This document shows positions 1 to 10,329 of a stretch of DNA of 64,000 nucleotides, piece by piece (position 1 is the stretch's first letter; each line of letters starts with the position of its first letter). This DNA comes from Opitutales bacterium (GTDB lineage: Bacteria; Verrucomicrobiota; Verrucomicrobiia; Opitutales; PNEW01). The notes under the pieces are model-generated. The model was not told the origin of the DNA and did not search any database. It was given only the letters and a program-made list of their open reading frames with translations. The translations under genes and the position numbers were made by a program. The stretch is taken from the NCBI GenBank assembly GCA_965197745.1, contig CBDANS010000006.1, positions 192,001 through 256,000 of the forward strand, written 5' to 3'.

Positions 1-169
1 TATTCGTATAAAAGACTTTGTACCCTTTCCAGGTCCACTGAGGATTTCCATTCCATTCTTCATGGCCATATCCGTATTTGTGAGTGTAGCCCGCTGTGCT
101 GGGACAACCGGCGGGTCGCTGATAGCCTTGGTCGTTCCACATGATCGGTTTGAGTACTGTTAACTTCAT
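1..169 (-). pseudogene. N-terminal part of a hypothetical gene with a 1-nt frameshift; runs off the window
   Basis: ATG at 169 reads MKLTVLKPIMWNDQGYQRPAGCPSTAGYTHKYGYGHE. Removing one A near 58-60 continues EWNGNPQWTWKGYKVFYTN. Confidence 0.4.
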
Positions 170-1087
170 TACATAATCTTGTCACTATAATGGGTAAAGT
201 GAGGAGTCCTAGCAAGGTGTTTACATTGATGGACCAGAGATTTTCAGTCGAAATTTCATATATCTTAATGAAATGCACGTTTTGCGTTTCGCGGGTGGTC
301 GCACTGTAAGCAATTTCGAGTAGTTCCCTCGATCGCGATTAGGGATGATGGATCAGAGGCTCGATGCCGCCGAGTTGAGTAGCTTAAGGATTACCTGAAA
401 ACCCCTCTCTCAAATACCAGTTAGTATATTCGACTATTAACTGGGCTCAGTAACGTCTAATAAGTTACTTGTTAATAAAGAGTTAAACTTAAAATAGCTA
501 TGCATAAATAATTTATATTTTCCTCTGATTTCACGACCTTTCCTCAATGCGTTTGGCAGGAATCATACTTATTTGGTGATCTTCAGCCAAGAGGTTGTGA
601 GTGGATTTAATGTCAATTAAGTGCCCTTTGTGATAAAACACAATAAATTTGGGGGATGATATATATTGCTAGTCAACTTTACCTCTTTTCTTAGTCTTAT
701 TAAGTTTCTGTCTTCTGAATTACCCGCTACCGAAAATCAAAAGAAAAAAAGACGATGAACCACAATCTAAAGACAATGCAGAACCCGAGTCGAGATTTGG
801 AGAAGTTACTTTAAAAACTAGTACGGTCTTTGAAAGACGGCGACTAAGAAAATAACATTAATATTGCCTGTGAATCACGTTCTCAGTCTTCTATACTGGC
901 AATATTAATTTTAGTATACCCTTGAAACTAAAAATCGTTTAGATTTCGACTGAATAATATATTATGTTTAAGTCGATTGAAATCACTCTTAAAAAGACAT
1001 ACGATGATGATTCAGGTGAGCGGTTGCGTGCAGATAATAGCTACTGGATCAGGTCTTCCTTCTTTTTCTTATATTCCCTGCCTAAAA

Positions 1088-2194
1088 TCATCGTATTGAT
1101 TCATATCCTCCAAGAATACCTCCTTTGGAGAAAACTACCTGCCATAAATTAATACTGCGCGCGCGAAAAGCACCGGCACACTTCAAAAGATAGTAATTCC
1201 ACATTCGATAAAATCTCTCGTTATATCGATCCTTAAGTTGATCCCAATTCTTGGTAAAATTTTCATGCCATGCCATGAGTGTTTTATCGTAATGCGGTCC
1301 GAAATTATGCCAATCTTCCATTATGAACAAACCTTCGGCAACTTTAGAAATCTGCTGTATCGATGGAAGATGCCCATGGGGAAAAATATACTTAAGAATC
1401 CAGGGATTCCCCGGTGTCCAAAGAGAAGTATTTCTTCCTATCGTATGTAAAAGAAAGATCCCTTCATCTTTAAGGCTTCGATAAGTCAGTTCCATCAGTG
1501 TTTTATAGTTTTTATATCCGACATGTTCAAAAAATCCTACGTTCACCACTCGATCATAGATACCCTTTGCTTCTCGGTAATCTGCTTCTACAATAGTTAC
1601 CGGGAATCCCTCACAAGCTTTTCTTGCATATTTAACCTGCTCTTTCGATATATTATAACTTACCACATTACATTTGTATTCTTTAGCCATAAATCGTGCC
1701 AAAGTACCAAAACCCCCTCCTAATTCTAATATATCCATCTCCGGTTTAAGCTGCATCTTTTTACAAATAAGGTGAGCTTTGTTTATTTGTGCCTGATCAA
1801 GGCTGTCTGTATCTTTCCAATAGGCACAGGTGTATTGCATATTTTTAGAGAGCATAAGCTCAAAAAGATCATTACCCAGGGCGTAATGCTTTTTCGCCAC
1901 CTCGGTTGATCGCTTTTCTGACTGCATGTTTGCCAATTTATATTTCAAGTTCTTGAAGAACTGAACGAGAGAACTTAATTTTATGTCTAATTCAGATCTT
2001 TCAATTTGATAAAAAAATTGGTCCAAAGCGTCACAACTCCACCACCCATCCATGTAGGATTCTCCCAAAGCAAGAGAACCTCTTTTCAAAATTCTTTTAT
2101 ATAGTCCCTGATCATGGACTTGAATGTCCCATGGCCGATCTCCGTTGATTTTGATGTCAGCGAGTTCGAATATATCTTGAATAACTTGTTTCAT
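1088..2194 (-). CDS. cfa: Cyclopropane-fatty-acyl-phospholipid synthase
   Basis: Motifs GSLALGESYMDGWW, HYALGNDLF, MQYTCAYW, ILELGGGFG, RFYRMWNYYL..CAGAFRAR. Start placed at ATG 2194 (MKQVIQ), not the TTG at 2287. Confidence 0.9.
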   Translation of the reverse strand: MKQVIQDIFELADIKINGDRPWDIQVHDQGLYKRILKRGSLALGESYMDGWWSCDALDQFFYQIERSELDIKLSSLVQFFKNLKYKLANMQSEKRSTEVAKKHYALGNDLFELMLSKNMQYTCAYWKDTDSLDQAQINKAHLICKKMQLKPEMDILELGGGFGTLARFMAKEYKCNVVSYNISKEQVKYARKACEGFPVTIVEADYREAKGIYDRVVNVGFFEHVGYKNYKTLMELTYRSLKDEGIFLLHTIGRNTSLWTPGNPWILKYIFPHGHLPSIQQISKVAEGLFIMEDWHNFGPHYDKTLMAWHENFTKNWDQLKDRYNERFYRMWNYYLLKCAGAFRARSINLWQVVFSKGGILGGYESIR

Positions 2195-2384
2195 CTGAGA
2201 TGTCCCATATAAACATTCACAATCATCAAAAAGTCGCATTTTTTTGATATTTCGATGTAATGTTCTGATTTCATTGTGATTTGGCAATCTTATCCTTCGT
2301 TATTTGATATACAAATCGGCAGAATTTAACAATTATTGCTGATCTTCCCTTTGCTCGGTAAAATCAGGGAAAGATCTTTGCTTC

Positions 2385-2565
2385 TGTTACCAGCGCATGA
2401 AGTTACGCAGCTTGTAGGCTAAGGCGAAGAGATCAAGCCAAACGGCATTGTCCTGAAAGTCATGGCAGGACAATCGGGTCCAGTGAATGGAGCATCTTTG
2501 CCCTCATTGATCCACTACTCTTTGATGACCCGATGGTAGTAAAATTACACTGCCTTCTTGGGGTT
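2385..2565 (-). pseudogene. IS1380-family transposase C-terminal relic
   Basis: Reads V*FYYHRVIKE*WINEGKDA / IHWTRLSCHDFQDNAVWLDLFALAYKLRNFMR, matching the IS1380 FYNxRGxAEQWIKEGK..WTRLSC..F..NAVRLQLxALAYNLxNF region, with stops and a frameshift. Confidence 0.75.
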
Positions 2566-2672
2566 GACCTGCTCTCGTTTACTGAACCAGAGCCAGTGTT
2601 AGTTCCGGCAGGGTGGCAAGGGCTTTCGAGTGGTAAGGGTTTTCATTTGCTTAGACATAGCTCTCTGGGCTA

Positions 2673-2868
2673 TGTGGTCTTTGAGCCTTTAGTTTGGAGT
2701 TCAACTCTCTCCACTGTAATCGATTGTTAATCAACGATTTATATTAAAAATTAAGCACTTACAAATCAGTATATCGCCTAAGTCAAGAGAAATTAAATAA
2801 TAATAAATAGCGAAAAATGGGGAGCATTGGGGGAGCAGATTCACCCACTCTCATTATATTTTTTTAAC
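2673..2868 (+). repeat. Left copy of a ~200-bp imperfect inverted repeat (partner 4817-5025)
   Basis: Shares blocks GGAGTTCAACTCTC, ATTAAGYACTTA and AATAGCGAAAARTGGGGAGCATTSGGGGAGC with the reverse complement of 4817-5025. Confidence 0.8.
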
Positions 2869-3034
2869 TACACTTATTGCCTACATAAGCAAATCAAGTC
2901 TGAAAATAATGAAGATGCAACTAAAGGTTCGATTCACAGATGATCGAGTCTAATATTTTACAAACACATCTCTGACTCTAAATCCAGAGATGACCGCATT
3001 TTTTGCTCATTGATTGTGACTGCGATTGCTGCCC

Positions 3035-3388
3035 CTATTGTAATCCTGTCGTCGAATCACTCATTGCACCGTCATTACCCGACTGCCGTACGGATCTTAA
3101 GACATGGCTTGCGAAATTCAATACACGCGACGAGGCAAACCATTCAGTCCTATCGTTTCGAGTCCCCCATCGCCGGGTTGGGCTTAAATCATCAAGCTTT
3201 ACCCAGATGATCTTGTCATCGACGAAGCGAGCGACTTTATCGGATCCGATCTTGACAAGCCCCTGAAGGACTGTGGCGTCAATACTCTTCTTATCGAGGG
3301 TTTCAGCACAACTACGGGGTACTCTTCCTCCGTGATGGAACTGGTCCACAAGGAACAAAAGAGTTTCCAGATACCAAATATGAGCCAT
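3035..3388 (-). CDS. Hypothetical protein, probably a C-terminal fragment cut by the adjacent IS3 element
   Basis: 117-aa ORF beginning 3 nt from the IS end at 3391; no recognisable motif. Confidence 0.3.
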   Translation of the reverse strand: MAHIWYLETLLFLVDQFHHGGRVPRSCAETLDKKSIDATVLQGLVKIGSDKVARFVDDKIIWVKLDDLSPTRRWGTRNDRTEWFASSRVLNFASHVLRSVRQSGNDGAMSDSTTGLQ

Positions 3389-3390
3389 TC

Positions 3391-4708
3391 TGATCGGGTT
3401 ACGTAAACTGGTCCACCGAGAGAGTTAGTCTGGAGAGGTTAATGTTGAAGTTAAGTTGGTAGAGGAAGTCAAGGCTTGGGCGCAATGAGGGCGTAGCCCG
3501 AATGGAGCCCAAGCCTTCGGTATTAATGTCTTCAGCGAAGCACCGTGGGGTGATATTGCCGAGGCTGCGGTGGGGTCGGACATTATTGTAAAGCCAGCGC
3601 CAGTCCTCGATCACCACGCGGGCTTCGGTCAAAGTCCATAGCTGTTCACGGTTTAAACACTCCTCGCGAAAACGGGCATGCAACGATTCGATGTATCCGT
3701 TCTGCCAAGGGCTTCCTGGTTCGATATAGAGGGTTTTGATTTTCATCGCAGTTAGCCAGGCTCTCAATTCCTTTTCAATGAATGGCTTCGCATGTCGTCG
3801 CTTCGCTCCTCGGAACGGAACCGTTGTCACTGCGAATATATTGTGGCGGCCCATGACGGGCAAGCAGTTTTTGCATGATACCGCGCACCGTTTCCGCATT
3901 GATATGGCGATCAACATGGATCACTCGACACTCGCGGGTGTACTCATCGAGCACGGTCAACATTTTTAAACTGCCACCGCGGACCGTCTTATCGTGGATA
4001 AAATCCCAGGTCCAAACATGGCCGGGATGTTCGGCCTTGGTCGGCAGCCCGGTGGAAACACCCCTGCCCCGACGTCTTGGCTTGCGTTGGGGGATCGCCA
4101 AGCCCAGTTCGCGTCGTAGACCTTGCACGAGACGTTTACCCACCTCCCAGCCTTCGTCTTTCAACAGCTTCGTGATCTTCGGATAGCCCCACCTGGCATA
4201 TTGCCGTGATAACCGCCTTACTGCCGCCTTCAGTTTCATTAACCAGGCATCCGGATGCTTCGCCTTATACGCATAGGTGGAACGGTGCAGCCGAAAGTAC
4301 CGGCACCCCGCTCGCATCGAACACTGGCCCCGAGCCACAAGTCTCTCTGCCACTTGCCGCTTGTGCCCAGGGCTTACAGTTTTTTTTCGAGGGTCTCCTG
4401 CAGGATCTCTATCCCCAGCATCTTGTCCGCCAGCATCCGTTTTAACCGCGCGTTCTCCTTCAAAGAGTTCCTTCATCCGCTTGGCCTGGTCGACATCAAT
4501 CATCCCAAACTCACGCTTCCAGCGGTGGAAAGTCTGTTCGCTAATGTTGTTCTCGCGGCATGCTTCCAGGATCGTTTTCCCTTTGTCCGCCTGCCGCAGC
4601 ATCCGTATTTTCTCTTCAGTTGTGTATCTTTTGCCTTTCATTGTCTGAGTCCTTTCTAGGTTACCCAGACTAACTTTTCAAGTGTACCAGTTTTCGTGGT
4701 CACGACCA
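3391..4708 (-). mobile_element. IS3-family insertion sequence, copy 1 (orfA 1-nt indel; orfB split by a 32-nt insertion)
   Basis: TG..CA ends with imperfect IRs TGGTCGTGACCACGAAAACTGGTACAC / TGATCGGGTTACGTAAACTGGTCCAC. OrfA MKGKRYTTEE..; A-run at the orfA/orfB junction; OrfB motifs WTWDF, RSDNG, PGSPWQNGYIES, YNNVRPHRSLG. Confidence 0.93.
3784..3815 (-). other. 32-nt hairpin insertion in IS3 orfB (site 2)
   Basis: TTCCGAGGAGCGAAGCGACGACATGCGAAGCC lies between the G and A of the expected Glu codon in SDNGS-E-FI. Confidence 0.9.
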
Positions 4709-4816
4709 TGTAGGTAAAATCGGCAAAATCTTGGGCTCGATCACCTGGGAATCGAATTAGAAATTGTATCTTCATAATGTTCAGGACTTACATAATAGTT
4801 GTTGTCTCTTCTAACA

Positions 4817-5025
4817 ATTAATAACATGCAATGAGATCATGCGACTCTCGCTCCCCGAATGCTCCCCACTTTTCGCTATTGCACGCTATATGCTACTATT
4901 TAATTTTACGGGGAACAAGTGAAATATTGATTCATAAGTACTTAATAATTAATATATAGTGTTAATTAATAGGTAGTTATATATTGGAGAGTTGAACTCC
5001 GTAACAAAGGCTTTAAAAGCCCACA
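4817..5025 (-). repeat. Right copy of the ~200-bp imperfect inverted repeat (partner 2673-2868)
   Basis: Reverse complement aligns block by block with 2673-2868. Confidence 0.8.
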
Positions 5026-5044
5026 AGAGTTTATCACATTCCTT

Positions 5045-5172
5045 TCCGCTCTTGCCCGCGTTCGGGCTACGCCCTCACTTCGCCAAGATCTCTCATATAC
5101 ATCAATCCTAAAACCATTAATACCCGGGAACTCTCTCACTTAATAATTGGTACGAAAAACGGGGTCCGATCA
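5045..5172 (+). mobile_element. Orphan right end of another IS3-family element
   Basis: CGGGCTACGCCCTCACTTCGCC, the same motif as in the 3' tails of IS copies 1 and 3, followed by an IR ending TGGTACGAAAAACGGGGTCCGATCA. Confidence 0.7.
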
Positions 5173-6368
5173 TGGGGAATAAATTATTACACTAAAAGCT
5201 TATAATTCTTTGGATTTTTAAACCTCCACTTCACAGGCTTAAGTAAACTTACTATCGGCAATAAGGGCAATAAGCCTTTAGATGACTAACCTCCATAGTG
5301 TTTCATCAGTAGTGGAATCATATTAGATATTGACCGGATTCTATAATTAATTTCTCGGTTTATATATGCCAATTTACTATACAATAAGAAGATGGCGACT
5401 CCTTGTAATATACTCAATTATAGGCGGTCTTTTTTCATTGATAGATATTAACTTAATCTTTCTGACGCAAATTATGATGAATTGATTAAATTATATTACT
5501 GTCTCTTTTCCGTTGGAATTATAATTGTCAACCAAATATCTAGAGTTATACTTTATCATTTCAGATTTATTTTAACCTATCCCCCATTTATAATATCAGT
5601 AATCGTTGCGCTGCTTATTACCCTTGGTCGTATCCACGAAAACTGGGGCACTTGAAAAGTTAGTCTGGTCAACTTAGAAAGGACTAAGACGATGAAAGGG
5701 AAAAGATACGGGTATTGCGGAAAGCAAACAGAGGGAAATCGATCCAGGAAGTGTGCCGCGAGAGAAATATCAGCGAGCAGACGTTTCACCGATGGAAACG
5801 AGAGTTCGGGATGATTGATGTGAATCAGGCCAAACAGCTGAAAGAGCTGAAGTTGGAGAACGCACGGTTAAAGCGGATGCTGGCGGACAAGCCGCTGGGC
5901 ATGGAGATTCTACTGGAGACTCATGAAAAAAAACGGTAAGCCTTGAGCATAAGCGTCAATTGGCAGAGAGATTTGTAGTTTGGGGCCGGTGTTCGATGCG
6001 AGAGGTGTGCCGATATTTTCGCCTGCACCGTTCCCCCTATGCGTATAAGGTTGGGTAACCGGACGCGTAGTTGATGAAGTTGAAAGCGGCCATACGACGA
6101 CTATCACGGCAATACGCCAGCTGGGGCTATCCAAAGATCACGAAGCTGTTGAAAGACGATGGATGGCAGGTGGGTAACCGTCTTGTGCAACGCTTGCGTA
6201 ACGAACTGGACTTAGCAATCCCGCAGCGCAAACCGAAACGCCGGTGCAGGGGCGTCTCCACAGGATTATCTACGGTTGCCGATCATCCCAACCACGTATT
6301 TACCTGGGACTTCATCCACGATAAGACGATTCGTGGTGGCAGTCTTAAGATGCTGACGATACTCGATG

Positions 6369-6411
6369 TCCCGAGGAGCTGAAAGCAAGGACACTCGAGC
6401 GAAGCGAAGAC
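6369..6411 (+). other. 43-nt hairpin insertion in IS3 orfB (site 1)
   Basis: TCCCGAGGAGCTGAAAGCAAGGACACTCGAGCGAAGCGAAGAC lies between the G and A of the expected Glu codon in LTILD-E-xTRE. Confidence 0.88.
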
Positions 6412-6539
6412 ATGTACGCGTGAATACCTGCTGATTCATGTCGACCGTCATATTAATGCACGGTGCGTACGCACCACCATGCAGAAACTGATCGACCGAC
6501 ATGGACTTCCGCAATGCATTCGTAGTGACAGCGATTCGG

Positions 6540-6571
6540 TTCCGAGGAGCAAAGCGACGACATGCAAGGCC
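6540..6571 (+). other. 32-nt hairpin insertion in IS3 orfB (site 2), mutated copy
   Basis: TTCCGAGGAGCAAAGCGACGACATGCAAGGCC lies between the G and A of the expected Glu codon in RSDSDS-E-FI. Confidence 0.88.
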
Positions 6572-7019
6572 ATTTATTGAAAGCGAATTAAGAGCTTGGC
6601 TGGCGTTCGTGAACATCAAAACCATCTACATTGAACCAGGGAGTCCTTGGCAAAACGGCTACATCGAATCATTCCACGCCCGTTTTCGAGAAGAGTCTTT
6701 AAATCGTGAGCAGTTATGGACGTTGACTGAGGCTCGCGTGGTTATCGAAGATTGACTCTGGCTCTATTACACTGTCCGCACAAACCTTAGTCTCAATAAT
6801 ATTACTCCGAGGTGCTTTGCCGAGGATGCCTATAAACAAGGCTCGGGCTCCACTCGGGCTTACGCCTCGTTGCGGCCAAGCCCTGTACTTCCTCTACCAA
6901 CTTAAACCTCTCCAGACTAACTTTCTAGGTGGACCAGTTTGCGTATCCTGACCAATTATTCTTGATTAATAAAACGCACGCATAGGCTTGTTCAGGGAAT
7001 TACCCGGGCATTTACATAA

Positions 7020-7052
7020 TTGACAATTCGCAAGTAAGACGTCATCTTACTT
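7020..7052 (+). promoter_or_regulatory. Sigma70-type promoter overlapped by a palindromic operator for the TA operon
   Basis: TTGACA at 7020-7025. The inverted repeat AAGTAAGA-CGTCA-TCTTACTT (7032-7052) covers the -10 region just before the ATG at 7056. Confidence 0.65.
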
Positions 7053-7055
7053 ACA

Positions 7056-7289
7056 ATGAAAACTGTCATCTCATCGGAAGGTCAAATCGTCATTCCAGTC
7101 GCGTTTCGCGATCAAGACAAAATCGAACCTGGTCAAGCGTTTGATATTGAACGGGTAGATAGAGGCGAATATCGTTTGGCTGTAGCTGACCCCCCGAAGA
7201 ACCAGGGACTGTTGAGTATGCTCCTTGCATGTCCTGTTAAGGGTTGGTTTGTGCCGATCGAATCGGAGTCTACTGACTCACTCGGCTAA
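7056..7289 (+). CDS. AbrB/MazE/SpoVT-family antitoxin (VapB-like)
   Basis: MKTVISSEGQIVIPVAFRDQDKIEPGQ, a swapped-hairpin signature, directly upstream of a PIN gene. Confidence 0.85.
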   Translation: MKTVISSEGQIVIPVAFRDQDKIEPGQAFDIERVDRGEYRLAVADPPKNQGLLSMLLACPVKGWFVPIESESTDSLG

Positions 7290-7294
7290 CCCTC

Positions 7295-7702
7295 ATGGCG
7301 TGTCTCGTTGATGCCAACGTGCTGTGCGAAGCGACTAAACCGAGCCCTGATTTGAGGGTTATCGAGTGGTTGACGCGTAACGAACGCGACTTGGCAATTG
7401 ATCCAGTGATCCTGGGTGAAGTTCGCTTCGGGGTCCTTCTTCTTCCCTCTGGGCAACGGCGACAAGATCTCGAACGTTGGTTCGACGAGATTGCCCGTCG
7501 CATTCACTGTGTACCGTGGAATGCCGAGACAGGGTTGCGCTGGGCCGAACTCCTAGCGCATCTGCGTTCTCTCGGGAAACCGATGCCAATAAAGGACAGC
7601 CTTATTGCCGCAACGGCTCTCGCTAACGGATTCCAGTTAGCTACACGAAATCGTCGAGATTTCGAAGCCAGTGGCGTAGAACTCGTCGCTCCATTTGTTT
7701 GA
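7295..7702 (+). CDS. vapC: PIN-domain toxin (VapC family)
   Basis: LVDANVLCE, LGEVRFG, DSLIAATALANG..LATRNRRDF PIN motifs. Confidence 0.9.
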   Translation: MACLVDANVLCEATKPSPDLRVIEWLTRNERDLAIDPVILGEVRFGVLLLPSGQRRQDLERWFDEIARRIHCVPWNAETGLRWAELLAHLRSLGKPMPIKDSLIAATALANGFQLATRNRRDFEASGVELVAPFV

Positions 7703-7744
7703 AGGCGACGGTGAGTAAGTTTCGATTGGGACCCCAACCAAATC

Positions 7745-8120
7745 AGGATCAGCATAACGAGCTGAAATAGGGGATTATCATTGACCAGCTTTTGCCTATT
7801 TTAGGAAGCAGACTCCACACTAAAAATAAAGAGGAGTGGCACATAATGATAGCAGAGGATAAGATAAGCCCAACTCCACCTATAGAGAGGTTGCAGATCA
7901 AGTTCTTCAATGAAATGGGAAGTAGCCAGAACGCTTTGGCGAAGGTGATTAAGGTACTTTCTTCAAGGGGCGGCGGATGGTAACGGTAGATACGGAAATG
8001 CAGCTTGGACTTTATTTCGGGACAACCGCTGTGGTGCCGATGGACTTGCAGACTAATGACTATTTGCGCCCGGCGCTAATGATTAGGATGGTGCGATTGG
8101 ATACCAGCGCAGTGCCGTAA
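7745..8120 (+). pseudogene. HigBA toxin-antitoxin relic (tail of higB, frameshifted higA)
   Basis: AEIGDYH* ends at 7784 (HigB-type C-terminus). GAGGAG RBS and ATG 7846 give ..EMGSSQNALAKVIKV.. and, in a shifted frame, ITVDTEMQLGLYFGTTA..MDLQTNDYL (HigA HTH). Confidence 0.7.
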
Positions 8121-8307
8121 GGAAGGTGGAAATAAGATTTTACTTTAATGTGTTGCCTATAAGCAACACAGGTACGATAATGGTCGCGACGCTGACGAAG
8201 AACAGGTTGCCACCCACTGGCTCAGACGAACTGGTGCAACAGGAAATGCCGAGCACAACGATCAAGGAGGTACGGATATTAACAAGCTGGAGCGACAGAT
8301 TACCGTA

Positions 8308-8990
8308 TTAATGGGTGTTCTCCGAGAATGAGTAGTAGATATCTCCTAATCCGACATTGCCGCTATGCGTATGCACATTGATGTGCAGAGTTACCAGGTC
8401 CATACTACTATTTACAACGGTGCAGGCGAAGGTTTGCGGTTCGGTCGATGCGAACAGGTTGCGAAGACTCTCGATGCTGTCTAGTTCGGCGTCAGCAGAC
8501 TGAAAATAGGCGCGAATTTCATCGAACGATTTATCGCAGTAGTCACCGCGGGTATTGCAGCGGCGTCTTCGGATAAGATCAGACGCAGTTAGGTTTCGAC
8601 ATCCATAAACACCGTATTCTGGTTTCTCCAATCGACCGACAAGCTTGCCTTTATGCGGGAGGATCTTGAGTTTTCTGAGCGGTGATGCTGTCCAGTCGAA
8701 GGGTTTAATGGTTATTGGAACGCCACGCACGTAACCAGCCTTGTGCCGCTCAAGCGCCCACGCCAATTCTTTTTTTTAGCAATAATGGGAAGCAATAAAG
8801 TCTGGGCTGACCAATGGAAGGAAGAGATAGCAAGATTCGAGTTGTTATGGAATTTCTTGATTGAGGTCCCCACCTGCCAAGATTTCTCGGTCAAACCATT
8901 CGATGAATCTGCCCTAGCGGCGGAGCATCGCGAGATGCATGTGAAGGCGATCCAGAACCTTATCGGCTTTGTGCGACTATGAGATGGACT
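8308..8990 (-). pseudogene. TIR-domain protein pseudogene
   Basis: One frame reads IS*SHKAD..LDRLHMHLAMLRR*GRFIEWFDREILAGGDLNQEIP*QLESCYLFLPLVSPDFIASHYC*KKELAWALERH. In-frame stops at 8977, 8914, 8845 and 8776. Confidence 0.8.
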
Positions 8991-9406
8991 GTACTAGTTA
9001 CGATAAGATCTGGCAGCGAATCATTGTACAGGAAAGTGAACAGTTCATACAAATTAACGGCAGTGAATTAGCGTACTCGACATATGGGGCAGTGCTCATT
9101 CTAGGTCGCAAAAATTAAAATATATTCCAAAGATCCATTTCCGAGAATCAAGTGGATTGATTCCTCTAGAAAATACCAGGCTCGTACGGGATCTGCACGG
9201 CCCATCGTATATTTATGCAGTTTTAATGGATCACCATATCTGGCTGGAGAATTGAAGCATGTAAAGGCCGTATTACCAAAATATATCGCTGGTTGCTTAC
9301 ATCCTATGCGCTCAATATTCCTCGCGTGTTTGATGTGGCGAAAAGCTTGTCGTCGGTTAATATTAACTAAAATCGTTAATACACCAAACCGTCAAATTGA
9401 CCTTCG

Positions 9407-10042
9407 ATGATACTTGATATCACTAACCTAATGAAGGGCTTATCTTCAGAGCGCCCAATCTTTCATACAGAAGCAGACTTCCAACACGCACTCGCGTGGT
9501 ATATTCACAAGAAGATGCCAGATTGTCAGCTTCGCTTGGAGTTAAAGCCTTTCAAGAATGAAAGGAAGTACTTGGATATTTGGCTTCGGGGCATGGGAAT
9601 CGCGATTGAACTGAAGTACAAAACTAAAAAACTGGTGTACTGTGGTGATGAGCCCTTTGCTCTCCGCAATCAATATGCTCAAGACTTCGGCCGATACGAC
9701 TTCATCAAGGATATTTGCCGGCTGGAGCAAGTAGTAACTCATTTTGAGACAGCCAAGGTCGCGTTCGCGATATTGCTAACAAACGATTCGTCCTATTGGG
9801 AACTATCGAAACCAGATCTCGAGGATGCTGCCTTCCATCTCAACAATGGGACGAAGATTATGGGCAAAAGGGAATGGTCCATGAAGGCCGACCTAGAAAA
9901 GAAGAAAGGCAGAAAAATGCCGTTATGTCTAGAAGGGGCCTATGATTGTGTCTGGCGAAATTACTCATCCCCTAAATTCGTGGAAGGAAAGAACCGGCAG
10001 TTCCAATATCTAATGGTAAAAGTGCCATGTCCAGGAACGTAA
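9407..10042 (+). CDS. Hypothetical protein, possible PD-(D/E)XK nuclease fold
   Basis: Intact 211-aa ORF with EADFQHALAW..LDIWL..IAIELKYKT (E..D..ExK spacing). Confidence 0.6.
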   Translation: MILDITNLMKGLSSERPIFHTEADFQHALAWYIHKKMPDCQLRLELKPFKNERKYLDIWLRGMGIAIELKYKTKKLVYCGDEPFALRNQYAQDFGRYDFIKDICRLEQVVTHFETAKVAFAILLTNDSSYWELSKPDLEDAAFHLNNGTKIMGKREWSMKADLEKKKGRKMPLCLEGAYDCVWRNYSSPKFVEGKNRQFQYLMVKVPCPGT

Positions 10043-10329
10043 CGCTACAGACACCTATTTAGTCGCCGAGCCATCGGAAGTGGTGGAGTTGTGAAAGTCG
10101 CCCACAGATCCTATCGCAGTTTTAAGGGAATGTCGGTCTCGGCCAATGCAAGCTCTTGCAACTAAATTATCTCTTCTTTCTCGATGAGATAACGAGATTA
10201 TCTTTTCAATCTTTAAGACGTGAATTCGTTTAGGTGTCCTATGACGATAATATGAATCATTCCACCACCTTCTCAGCTAACACCTTTTTTCTACTGTAAC
10301 CCCACCCCTATAGATGATCAACCCGGCTG

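Larger units (their letters stand above)
5625..6954 (+). mobile_element. IS3-family insertion sequence, copy 2 (degenerate; carries both insertion types)
   Basis: Ends TGGTCGTATCCACGAAAACTGG.. and ..GTGGACCAGTTTGCGTATCCTGACCA. OrfA/orfB fragments are similar to copy 1, with deletions and stops. Confidence 0.9.

Noticed and set aside
945..977. dif-like XerCD site (..ATAA TATA TTATGTTTAAG)
   Set aside because: The central spacer is 4 nt rather than 6 and the left arm is a poor match; it is only an imperfect AT-rich palindrome.
2673..2715. Intact tRNA gene
   Set aside because: Only T-arm-like and anticodon-arm-like pieces are present; no D-arm or acceptor stem can be formed.
3775..4641. 288-aa natural orfA-orfB fusion
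   Set aside because: An extra T near 4462-4464 shifts the end of orfA into the orfB frame. The junction peptide is out of frame relative to copy 2 (ENARLKRMLADK), so this is a mutation or sequencing error.
5180..5620. AT-rich stretch between IS ends as a gene or ncRNA
   Set aside because: No sustained open frame or recognisable structure could be supported by eye.
8776..8979. Stop-codon readthrough or recoding in the TIR gene
   Set aside because: Stops are a mix of TAG and TAA at positions expected to encode different residues, and neighbouring genes are also decayed, so this is ordinary pseudogenisation.
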